From Ginglymostoma cirratum (taxonomy: Eukaryota): a stretch of DNA of 64,000 bases. Below are positions 25,457 to 37,304 of this stretch, piece after piece; the stretch's first letter is position 1, and the number at the start of each line of letters is the position of its first letter. The notes under the pieces were generated by a model. It was not told the DNA's origin. It did not search any database and was given only the letters and a program-made list of their open reading frames with translations. The stretch lies in NCBI GenBank assembly GCA_024137785.1, contig JAHRHZ010000144.1, forward strand, positions 38,291,729 to 38,355,728, written 5' to 3'. The position numbers and the translations under genes are program-made.

Positions 25457-27974
25457 GTGGTTCTTGTTAAGTATTTTAGCAGTTTCAGCAAAACCACGGC
25501 TACGTGACACATTACAACACAAATTAAATAATTCGATCCTAAAACTAGTAAATGGCCTGATAGCAAATATCCGCTTTCTGATTATTATAATTACAGTGAT
25601 ATTTCTGTGGCTCAGTTTTATTTTTCTACATATTCATGATAAATTACGGATTGTTATGAAAAAATCTGTGAAACCACAATTCAGCCTTTTCATATATAGT
25701 AAAAAAAAGTGCAGCGTATAATAGTCACATAATCCTGGGTAATCAGCTTTAACGAAAATTATTCTTGAACAACTTTGTCTCATTTCATTATTTAATGGGG
25801 GCGAGTAAAGCTTGATTTGCAAAGTCTGTAAAATAATTATCTGACACACAAGCATGAACATGGCGATGCATTAAGAATTATATAAGAGGTTTTATGAACA
25901 AAATTAATGTTAATTGCTGCCTGAAAATGTAGGCAAACCTGAAACTGCTTTGTCAATAGCGAATATAACATTACTTTTTCTAAACTGATTTAATTCAAGA
26001 GTGCATACATTGCTTTTTGTAGACTTTGACGAGAAAAGACCCAACATTTAATATCGAAACATTCACAATGTTATAAGGCAAATGATCAAATTACAGATAT
26101 TACACTATTTTTGCACATCATTTTGATCCTAGCGTCATTTTGAACAGCCTCTGTTTCACCTTCATAATATGTCTGTTGGTCTATACGATAGATAAACAGA
26201 TAGGCAGACAGACATTTAGATCGGTGTTTTACAAAATCTTCATTTACAAATAGATGCCAGATGCAGAACACATTAAGATCACTATAATAATACACAACAT
26301 GGATGGTCAAACTATAATTGTTTAATCTGTTTTCAATAAAAGAAGATTGAAAGAGAAATCAGTTTTCAAACTATGGACATAACCATTCATTTCAAATGGA
26401 TGCAATTATTGTAATGTTCAGTCAAAAATTTTAACAATTTTCTCCGAACATTTAATAATTGGAAAAATACATACAAGTCAATGCCTTGGCAAATTACAGC
26501 AAAGCAACACTGATCAGCTAATCTCCTGTTGACAGTATCTCGCATAGCAGCTCCCCCCAGCCTCACCTAGCTAGGCATACTTCTGCAGCAAGATTTTGCA
26601 ATTAAATAGTTCGTATTGAGAAAAGCTTCAGGACAAAGGAAAGGAGCTCAATGATTTCTGGTGATCATTCTGTTCTGTATTGTGAATTATTTTAACGTGG
26701 ACTGGAGCTGTCGGTTCCAAATTTAAAACACTTCACATATATAGACCCCACAGCTATTATAAAATATACAATCCGATTTGGGGACAAGTTGTTGCGGGAA
26801 ATTAATCGTCACATGGCCGAGTTACTATTATTTTAAACATTGCAAATATTGACGTAGTTAGAAATATTTCCTCATTCCCTGTTCGGTACAAGCATATTGA
26901 GGGCACAATCTGATATCTACTGCGGGGTACTGAGTGGAAGAGTACCACTCGTTTGTGCAAAGTTCCGTCACGTGGTCAGACATCATTAAAATGTTTGTTA
27001 AACGCATCTCCAAAATTCTGATTACTTCCATGATTAGTGCACGGAATTATTAGGATTAAGGCAATGTATGTCATTCATCTCTGCAGCTAATCCTTAACAT
27101 AGAAAGGTCTAACTCATGTCCTCTTATGCAAAATAGCAGAGAGAAACAAACTGAAGCCGCCAATCATCAGCTTCCGCAAAACAACAGCAATCAAAATAGC
27201 GCAATTTGCAACAGCACTAATAATTATCCCACTACCAAGTTACACATTCTGATACATCTCCACTCTGGATCATTTGAAAACATGTCAGCTGCCGGTGGCG
27301 ATGCTTTCATTTCAAAGATAGCCACAAATCGCAGCTCTCCGTTCTATTGCGGGAAATAAATATTTAATTAATCTGCGCCACAGACGCCATATGAATTCCA
27401 GTGACCACCTGGATCTGCTTTGAACGGACCGTTTTCAAACCCATGCTGGGGTTTGGTCGTTCAGCCCGATTAGCACACAACCTCCGAAACAGTTCCCCAA
27501 AATTCAACGAATGAAACAAGCGCCGTTTCGCTGCTATCCATTTACAGCAATATGATCTGTAACAGCAGAGCTTAAAACCGCACAGCACTTACCCGGGTAA
27601 GGGCGCTTCCCCAAAACAGTAACCAGCTGGATGTTGTATTCCATTTCTACTTTTTCGATCAATAAAATAACTTGAAAAAGATAAACCGAAAATTGAAGGG
27701 TAAATGGAAGACTGTAAACAGACGTCAGAGGTCTGTAAGAGTGATCAGGTTGCCGAATCCCAGCATGAGACCAATGACTTCCTCATAGTTGTACAGAAAA
27801 GGACTGGAAACTGCGAATACAGCAGAAAGTCTCCTTTTTGCAAGCAGCTGGCGTCAAGTACCAACGACAAAAGCAGGCAAGGGGAGATACTGACAGAAAA
27901 GACGATTTGAGACGAGTTTGCAGCGGAATGCAGTGAAATATTCACAAGGGAAATCATGAAAAGGCCATGAACGC

Positions 27975-28060
27975 AGTTACTAGATTCACATGACCAATGC
28001 CAGCCAATAGGATCACGGGCTCCGTCGTAAACGGTCCATTACAAAGTTGTAAATTTTCTT
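27975..28060 (-). promoter_or_regulatory. Hox-type promoter-like element in the HoxD5-HoxD8 gap
   Basis: Minus strand AATTTACAACTTTGTAATGGACCGTTTACGAC...ATTGGCTGGCATTGGTCATGTG: Hox/Cdx sites, two CCAAT boxes and a CATGTG E-box. Same architecture as the HoxD4, D10 and D11 promoters in this window. Confidence 0.55.
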
Positions 28061-29299
28061 CAAACAAAAAGGAATTCGCAGCAATTCCTTGCGGATTTCA
28101 CAAGTATAGCTAGCAAGCGCCATGTTCCCTTTAACGAGTTCTTTGCTACAGCCATTTGCTATAATGTGTATTGTAACGAACGCCTTAACTAACAATATCA
28201 GCGGAAATTCCACGACAACATCAAGAGGAATATTGACCAATGCGGGGCACATTCCATAGTGCTACTTCTTTAGTACGTCCTTTAGACGCATCAAGTAGAG
28301 ACATAGGCATTTTTGAAATTAAAGCTAATCCAAAACATAATAAAAAGGTAACACCCACAATACCTACCGCTGCCAGTTATGCATCAGAAAACTTCTTTTC
28401 GTTTCCTCTCGACATTCTCACTTCATTCAATAAGTTCTAATTAAAAGAAGAAAGCAAAGCAAACGAACCAGAAGCGCCTGCTAAATAGGCATCAAAACTG
28501 CGGCGACTTTCGTCCTTCCTTTTAATAACAATTAATATCACAAGGAAAGTTGTAACTTATTCGAAGCGTTGTATGATACATATTACACAGGTCCGAAACT
28601 GAAAAATAAATAGCAGCATATGTAGGTGTCTAATTACATAGAGCACGGCACTAAACTCCTCGTGTTTCCACTGTGGGGAGAAAAGGGCATAACATATTCG
28701 AGTGCTCCATGGAATTTGACTTAATCGGCTAAAATCGCTTCTGCACTGCGTTAACAGATTAGACGTGAATGCAAGCGTAACCATTTGAATCAGTTGGTTC
28801 GGTATCTTTTCCCTTCAGTGTCGGTGAGCGGGTTCAGCAATTAAGGTTGCACTATGTTAAATGCATGGGAACTTCGTCCATTAGGAGGAAAGTATGTCTG
28901 CTAGATATTTGCTTTCCAATTTTCTCCATTACCCCATATCTCCCGCAGATTTAACTCCAGAGAAAGCTAACATTTGCCGATCTTTGCTCTGGTGTTTTAA
29001 AGTGATCTTACGGTGAAAATCCAGAACAGCTAACCAGAAATGTGACGACTTCTCATCTTTAATTTATGACGACGATAAGACTACTATCAAGGTTACAGCA
29101 AAATAACATGCATTATTAATAAAACTTTCAACAGAGCAAGTTGCCATTATTCTGGGAAAATCTTTCTCTGGGGTGAGCTGGGGTTGGAGACTAGATGGGG
29201 CAAAGAGTTTCTACAGCGGTTTTGTTCGAGACCCAAACTGACCAGTCTTCAACAGCCAACGGGAAATGTATGCAAGAATTCAGAAGAAGATTTTTTAAA

Positions 29300-30645
29300 A
29301 CCCATCTTTGGCGCTGGTTAATCTCCATACTTTGGTAAAACCAAAGGAAGTTATGTCCATTTCAAAGTATTATTTCCACCCACAAGCTTCGTCATTGTGT
29401 ACACAATTCGTTCAGTGAAAACTTGAGATTCCTAAAATCTAATCCAAATATTTTATGAGGCCGGTTTTACCATCATTGTGCAGTCCCTTCCTGATCGCTG
29501 TTGTAGGGATTTGATGAATCAAGTTGTAAATAGGACCAAATGCAGAATAGCATTTTTAAATATATATACATATCCCGTTTGACACAGATTTGTGGAAACT
29601 AATGTTTTTGATGAAATAGAGCATCGCGGAACAATCATTCATATATTTAAAATAGTCCTGGTAATGCGTGTAAGAGAGCCATGAAAAACATAATTTTGAG
29701 CAATTATAGCCTCCCCCGCATGAAAATGCAATAAAAAGATTCTGTTACTAAATTATTTAGAATCGATTTATTCTGTAAAATTATTTATATATTGCGATCA
29801 GATAGATTGTTTGATATTTAAAATAGTGTACAAAATTTATTTGTATTAAAATAAAATATAATGCAAGTAATATTGAAATGCTTTAAATTGGCAATATGTA
29901 GCTCAAAAACTGCGAGTCCCCAATTGCTTTATTCTCTGTCTTCAACTGGTTAATTGTTGTTTCTTATCTGATCATACCTGATCCAGTGAGGATATTGCGG
30001 CCGTATGACTCTGAGCATTGTAACACAGAATTTCATTCAATTACATGGCTGAGGTTGTTTCGAAAATCACAGCTGTTTGTATTATCACAGTGGATTCTCG
30101 AACTCGCGGGTAAAACGCACATTGCTATTTTTAGTTCTGCAAATAAACAGCGGCTTTTAATTGTTTGTATAACATTTGAAATACAATGTTTGCATTTCCC
30201 CCCTCTCGTTGTTTCCTGTTTGTTCTTATGAATTAATCTTTATTGTTTCAGACTGATGATACTGTTGTACTCCCTGTGCAAATATGGAGATTCGAAATTG
30301 TCAGTTCTTATGGTTGAAGTTTATAAGCAACATGTCCACTGATACTAATAAAAATTAAATGTGGCGTAATCGCTGATAAAGGAAAATTTTGCGGAAAGTT
30401 GGAAGGTTGTTCGGCAACCCAAGATGTTGCTTTCTTCTCCAACCTTTAAACCAGAGAAAAATAAAATGGAGCCAGAAGTCTACAGTTTGTCGAGTGATTT
30501 GTAGTATTAGAACTTTTATTGTCGGTTTTACGAGATTTGCTGATATACGCGTACAGTAGACCGCAGTGTAACACCAAACACTAACTTTTACAGCGTCGGC
30601 TTAGCCACACATGAGCCGGGCATGTGATCTCATTAGCCAATGGTC
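29300..30645 (-). pseudogene. Putative decayed HoxD7 relic (promoter/5' UTR, exon 1, weak exon 2)
   Basis: Hox7-like leader TTTGGTG..TATATCAGCAAATCTCGTAAAACCGACAATAAAA..CTACAAATCA (30580-30495), AEQPSNF (30415-30395), SNVR-YPRVR hexapeptide relic (30126-30098), weak homeobox relics at 29500-29300. No ATG, many stops. Confidence 0.6.
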
Positions 30646-31252
30646 ACTGGAAATACTTTTAACTTGGAGCATAGATAAACTAATATTCTAATCATCGACG
30701 ATATCGTTAACTTTTATAACTACATATAAAGAATTACGCCATCTTCAGGCTTTTGCGTCCATGTAACGGCCGTGTTGCTGCATGACAGGCTTAAACATTG
30801 TGGCTACAGAGATACAGAAACAAAAATAAAGTACATCTGATTTCATTGGAAAGGAGCAGCCTAGAAGCAGCCGCAAAAAAAAACTGGCAAGATAGTGATC
30901 CAGTAATCTCAGTTGATTGTTTCGAGATGGCCGGATTGATTTTCCTTTCCAACATTTTTGTTCGTTCGGAATACTTGTCGGAAAATGAAACAAGTACACA
31001 ATTAAATGTAATCAACATTTATTAATTTAATCACATTCGAGCATCTTAAAAAGTGACTATTGCTGCGGAATACCTTGTCATTTTTTTGCTTGTGTTTATA
31101 ATATGCGTATCAGAGATAGGTAATGGTTGAGAATTTCCGGCCGCAATACACCACTAATTATTTCAAACGCACAGTAATTAAGACACGTCGTAAGTGCACA
31201 TTTTTTCTATCATTAAGTGTGTTCGCAATACATTCCAAATTATTCATTCTAT

Positions 31253-31273
31253 TAGGCAGTTCATGTTGTTGGG
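31253..31273 (-). promoter_or_regulatory. miR-196 target site in HoxD8 3' UTR
   Basis: mRNA CCCAACAACATGAACTGCCTA is complementary to miR-196a UAGGUAGUUUCAUGUUGUUGGG with one G:U pair and one bulged U. Confidence 0.9.
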
Positions 31274-31662
31274 TATAATCACAAAATGCTAAATAAAATC
31301 AACAAACTAAATCAATCACAATACCATCTCATATTTTCGACTTATTAAAAAGCAATAAAACCTTTATTCAAAATGGCGATTTCTTCTGTGATTTTGCCAC
31401 TTGCCACTTATAATATGGGGAGCCGCAAATTTCTATTTGATGGCTGATCTGTCAAGGTATGATTGAAAAGGTTAAAATGATGCACAGCGAATTCATGAGA
31501 AATAATGTTGAATTAAGGCTCTAAAGAACTTCAAAAAACAGGTGGACAGTTTACATTAACCTAGCCATCAATGAGCCGGAGATTCATTCTGTTCAACACT
31601 GTTTAACAGTGCAGTTTGGACGAACTGAATGACGTTTTGCTTAGAGGCCAAAGGGGGTAAAG

Positions 31663-31958
31663 TTACTTGGTCTCTTTTTCTGTTGTCTCCTGCTCAGGCT
31701 CTTCCTGTTCTTTTTTGACCTCTTCCTCCTCCTCGTCGTTCCGAGAGCTTGGAAATTTGTCCTTGTTGTTTTCCTTTTTCCACTTCATTCTCCTGTTTTG
31801 AAACCAAATCTTCACCTGTCTCTCTGTCAGTCCCAGAGCATGTGAAACCTCGATCCTTCGCTTTCGAGTCAGATACGGATTGAACAGAAATTCCTTTTCC
31901 AGCTCCAGTGTTTGGAATCGGCTGTAAGTTTGCCTTCCTCTGCGTCTGCCGGGCGCTG
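31663..31958 (-). CDS. hoxd8: Homeobox protein HoxD8, exon 2 (homeodomain)
   Basis: Read by hand: [73 protein letters not shown]...ETK*. Acceptor tttag|CAG. Confidence 0.96.
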
Positions 31959-32181
31959 CTAAACAACACGAGAATCATAGGAGACAGTAAATATTGGGAA
32001 AATGCACATAAGCAAATCACTACAGACTAGCAACAAGAACAGCAAGCCTTGCTTTGAACGGTAATGTCATACAAAGAAAGTGTTGCGATAAAAGCAGACT
32101 ATTACAGACCGCGTTAAAACACGTTGGCGATATAACTGTGCAGTAAAACGTGAGATGGAAGCTAATTCTAATATATCCAAC

Positions 32182-32608
32182 CTTGAGGTCTCATCCAGGG
32201 AAACATTTGAGTAGGAGACGAGTTCTGATTTAAGTGTTCTGGTTCTTCGCCAATATTACTGCTAGACGATTTACAGTCAGGATATTGTACCAGATCGGCC
32301 TCTTGCTGTGTTGTAAAAATTTGCTGTCTTTGTAAGTTATCGTATCCGTAAAATTTAGAGGGGTCACCATGACACGTAATTCCACAAGGATTCTGTTGAA
32401 AGCCAGCATTAGGAAGTGCAGATGTCCCATGATGGTAAAAATCTTGAACTTGAGCTGGGTGCTGGAAGCTTGCGCCGCTGCTGGGACCATAGACGACAGC
32501 GTGTCTGCTGGTCACGTCTTGTGGAAACCGGCAGTCGTAGTAAGTGGGACTCAGAGCTTCTCCTGGTTTATACTTAGAGTAGAATGGATTTACAAAATAT
32601 GAACTCAT
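32182..32608 (-). CDS. hoxd8: Homeobox protein HoxD8, exon 1
   Basis: [14 protein letters not shown]...[13 protein letters not shown], donor G|GTTGGA, phase 1. Spliced CDS 723 nt, 240 aa. Confidence 0.96.
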
Positions 32609-35087
32609 CTGTGCAGATTGTAGAATGGACAGTGGATATCAGCAAAATAAATGTTAAACAATACTGTGATGTTATTGGGTTACCCGATCTACACAGTGTT
32701 CATGATGGCAATGCAGGTCCAGTATGCACTGATGCCCCGTGGAACATACTCGCTAATACTGTAGGTACACAACTGCCTCACTGCTTTGGCTGCTTCACTT
32801 TGAAACCGCAGATCAGTTCTAAGCCAGCTGGGAAGATCGTTGACTCCCGTTTACAGTTGCCGCTTTCGCGGGCAATACGTCGTACTGGGAAATGATATTT
32901 TTTTCAAAAAAATGTACAGGGCATAGAGATCGGAAAAAAAAGATAACATGCGGATTAATATACTGAGCACACTCTCATTACAATTAGGCGGGCCGCATCA
33001 CAGAAAACATGAAATACGTGCGCCACTCAACTGAAGAGAAATGAAGCTGGCCTGGTTACAGCACAGCAATTAGATTTTAGAGCACAACAAGGTGAGACTG
33101 GTCTCAAGGTCAAGACATAGTCAAAAATGAGGGGGTGTTTTGGGGAGGGGTGTTGGTGTTCGGGGTGAAGGTGGGGCTGGGCGGGCCTTTGGCTGGTGAA
33201 GCCAAAGGGTTAAAAGGCTAAAGTTAGAATTAAGATCAGGGATTATTTTTATTGGGTGTTTCTGTAAATCTTGTTTGGTTTGTATCTATCTCTCAGTTTT
33301 TCACTCTCCGGCTTATGTTTTTAGATGTATATTTGCAATTACAGATGTATTTATATTTACAGATATGTATATATATACTTGCAGATATATATTCATACCT
33401 TTATACTTATACTTACAAATAGATATTTTGTTTTACTAATAGATATACATTTATGCCAATAGATATCTTTTTACTTGATAAAGCAGATATGTCTGCAATT
33501 TCCGTATAAACGGTTACCACTCAACTATAATTCTTCTTGTTATTGGAGGTAGTAGGGAGCAGCTGAACAAAGCATTCCTTGCTATTTAAAAATGTTAGCA
33601 AGATTCATAAAGATTATGAAGCCTCCCTTCTCCAAAGAACGCGGAGGAAATAGTTGCCCTTGCCTCAGAGATATGGGTTCACTTAACCAAAACTTCGAGG
33701 TTAATTACTGGCAAATGAAAATCATGCCTGTGAATACAATTTCCATCATTTCAGCCCTGGCATGCGTCATTGCCGAGGAAAAGTTTCTTGGCACTTCAGG
33801 CAAACACACAGTTTGAAGTGTGAGGTTCATAGTTGATCAAGACCTTAAGCATCGGGAGGAAGACCAAGCCTGAGATTCTAAGCGTGCTGTTCCCGAGCTG
33901 GTTAACTTCAGTTGTTAAAAGCTCATGAGTAAAGAGAATCCCATTTTCCCCCTTTAAGCGACTGTGTTTAAAGTTTAAGCGAAAAGAGTCCTTGATCTGT
34001 TAAACTTGTGTTCACCAGTGAACTTTGTTCCGCACGCTTGGGTGGCTGTCTCAACTCGCTAGAATGCTTCAGGGAAATAACACCAGCAATATCCTCATTG
34101 GCTGCTGCGCAGAAGAATTCTCCTTGTACTGCCATGAATTCAGAATACGTTCATTCAAAATGAGCCCAAATGTGCAGTAACTGTATTCCTTTCCAGCACC
34201 TCTTCATTTCTTTGCTGAAATCAGAAAGCCAGCTAAAAAGTTACAATTTGTACAATTATAATTTGATGATGATGAACTTATCCATGAATTGGAACTAAAA
34301 GCTTCAGTTTTTCCTGCTGTAACTCCATGGTAATTGCAGATTCTGATCGCATTCCACGCCAAATTCTCCGGCAAACCCGCACTTTTCAATAAACTGAATA
34401 TTGGCATCAATCGGTAACCCGATAAATACGATGGATATTAACTTTACTGCGTACGTATTTGCACATGGAAATTTATTCTTGGGTCAAATCATTCCTGCCG
34501 AAATGATTACTTCATTTAAACTAGTTTACAAGAAAGGATAAATGATATGAGGAGAATCTCTCGCTTCGCTGTGCTTCTTTCATAGAAAACATTCAAATTA
34601 ATTTACATATTAAAAAAAGGTTCTGAACCATAAATTGGAACGTTTACATATACAAACCGTTAATGCGTGCGTGTGTGTTTTAAACTTAGTTTTACATCTT
34701 TTTTGCTTTGTTATCTGAAACGATTACAAAGCCCCGTCTAATGGTAGAAAAATGCGTCAGAAATCCGAAAGATGAGTTCGCCATATCGGGTGAACTAAAT
34801 AATTCCGCAGTGATTAACGACAAATAAATACATACATCATGATTCGTATTAATGCAATGGAGAACCGAGTACATGCTAATATAAAATAGTTAAGTATATA
34901 TGTTCAGAAGAAAACGGTGGCAAGCGTTTTTATGGAAATCCTGGGAATATTTTCTTGTTGAGGAGATACATCAACAGTCATTGTGTAGACACAAACTAAA
35001 GCTTAAACCAGGCCCTCCTCATTTTGTTCTCTATGCAATATTTTAAAAAATGTAGTCAACTTTTTCCAGGATATGTATGGGAGATGT

Positions 35088-35197
35088 TATATTAACGCGT
35101 GCTATGCAAATCATTTTATTTTAGTTTGAAACGTGTAACTATATCAACGTGTGCTGTGCAAATCATTTTATTTTGAAATCTGTAACTATTTCAAACG
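35088..35197. repeat. Imperfect tandem duplication of a ~50 bp unit (2 copies plus start of a third)
   Basis: tatat(t/c)aacg(c/t)gtgct(a/g)tgcaaatcattttatttt..gaaa..tgtaac at 35088 and 35140. Confidence 0.8.
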
Positions 35198-36057
35198 TTT
35201 AAGATTACTCATAAATTATTGAAAATGATTCGAACATAATCTTAAAAGAAGTGTTTTAAGGACAAACTTGTAAAATTGGAGGCCGAGGATTTTTTCTAAA
35301 AACGTAGGCATGATCCCTTTCTCGTTGCTGTTTTGAAACTGGATTCTCGAGAAAATAAATCGATACTTACGCCGTTAAAGTCGAGAATTATACAGTTTCC
35401 TAAAATTAGTTCGAAATGCATTCCATTTGAAGCGACTTTGCTGTACTCGATTGTACAATTTCACTTTTCGTTACCGAATAGTGATTTTTATTAAACAATG
35501 AGGGGCGAAAAAACTCTGAAATCCTTCTTCCGGAAACCCACTCCGAACGGTAGATGACTATGACAGTCTTCGACAGTAGCATACAACGTCAACCGTTGCC
35601 CAAAAATCATATTTTACAGTTTCGAGGAATGGATATCATTGCAACAAAGAAGAATGCAGATGCGAATATGCAGTGTTCTTGTGAAAGTTATAGTTGCAAT
35701 TGACGCAGATTGTAATAGAAAACTATTCACATTCTTCACTCAAGTCTTTTAAATTCGAAAGTTTCCACTTGGAAGCTATTTTGAGATAAATTTCCAAATT
35801 ACTATATGGAATCCTTTATTTTGAAGTGATTACGTGCTTACTTACTCCCGTTTGATTTTGAACGTTTGGATTTGTATTTACGATTATTGTGTTAAGCTTG
35901 TAGTTTGAAACTAGTCCAAAATGTCAGGCTACAGATAGTACTGTTATTCACGTTTTCAAAATGTGATCTGACAATGAAAACTTATTACTTTCCTTTTAAC
36001 CGATTTCCGGTGAATCCGCACTCATTTATAGTTTTCTACTTTGTTGTAGTGGAGCGA

Positions 36058-36076
36058 CAGCACCGCCTAGTGGACA
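36058..36076 (-). promoter_or_regulatory. CTCF motif between HoxD8 and HoxD9
   Basis: TGTCCACTAGGCGGTGCTG, a close match to the CTCF consensus. Confidence 0.75.
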
Positions 36077-37286
36077 GTCGCATGAAGTACACCTAAAAAA
36101 GGCATTGCGGCTCTTTTGATTTTTCACGGAATCATTGAAGAACTAGTTGACATGCTGGTTAAGAAACGGAACACAAAAGGAGCTCCAGTGAGATTTCAAT
36201 AAATGCTATAAGTTGCTTTACATACAATTATTCAGAACTGTCAGCTAGATTTGCTTGATGTATAGTGCACTTTTAAAAAATCCTAAACTCCAGTACTGTC
36301 CCAACGAGTCTACGTATGTTTAAAAGTTAGATGATAGTTTGAAACTTACACTCTTGCTATTGAACAGAAAGCACTCGGCCAATTCTACATAATTTACTTG
36401 AAAAGGCTTTCTAAAACAAATGTAAGTTATAGCAAATCATTACATATATACTAAAATGGAAAAATATATATTCAGATTTTATAATCCGAATGGGAGATAT
36501 GTGGTTCTGGGATGGTGGGGAAGTGGGAGAGATGGAATGAGAGAGATGTGTTACTCTACGCGTGTTCAAAGACAAAGAAATAAACAGAGAAACAGAGGGC
36601 ACGATATTAACTAATATTAAATATTTGGTAAGATTCAAATTTGTTTTCCATAGACTGAGAAATGTCATTTGGATGTGTTGTACATGCTGCTACTGATATT
36701 GCTTGAATTTGTGAATAAATTTACATGCACATATGTGCGGGGTCAGAAACATTAACTTGGATGTACAAAATTAAATAAATTCATAAGCAGGCGCTGTGCT
36801 CAGTTTAGCTTCCACTGTCATTTAACAACCGGACATACATAAAAGCATATAAATCATTTTCATTTTGCAAAGAAAATACTTGGAACATGTAGACTTTTTT
36901 CTATCGCTTTCCTTTTCAGTTAATGACCTAAGCCGATAGCTTTCCTCGTTGTTGTTATTGTTATTGAACTAGACATGCGGATTAATCGTTATGTACACTT
37001 GCCTTATAGCGAAGTTTACTTCACTGCACTTCCTACATGCACGTTTGGGAATAGATAAGTTTGTCCAGACTGAAGTAACAAAGACGAATTAATTGTCTTC
37101 GCTCCTTTAACCAGAGTCTGCGTTTTTGTTTGTTATCAACAGGCAAAAACATCTGAATTGGCTGATTTCAAAGAAGTCTGTAATTACGTGAAGAAAACTA
37201 TAAAGCCATTAGGTCAGACGTCTAGCCAGTTGTGGAATTTATTGTACCCCGTTCCTTCCGGTTCTAAAGTACTGTATGTAGAATTG

Positions 37287-37304
37287 TGGCAATAGATGGC
37301 GTTG
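37287..37304 (+). promoter_or_regulatory. CTCF motif, opposite orientation, between HoxD8 and HoxD9
   Basis: TGGCAATAGATGGCGTTG matches the TAGATGGCG variant of the CTCF core. Confidence 0.6.

Noticed and set aside
25317-25721. 134-aa His/Thr-rich ORF
   Set aside because: Translation of a (CA)n microsatellite.
31253-31273. miR-196-like gene on the plus strand
   Set aside because: No complementary arm forming a hairpin nearby; explained as a target site in the HoxD8 3' UTR.
31694-32020. 108-aa ORF as HoxD8 exon 2
   Set aside because: Wrong frame; the homeodomain is in another frame ending at 31663.
33325-33490. AT-rich AGATAT-like repeats
   Set aside because: Low-complexity sequence without a regular unit or spacer structure.
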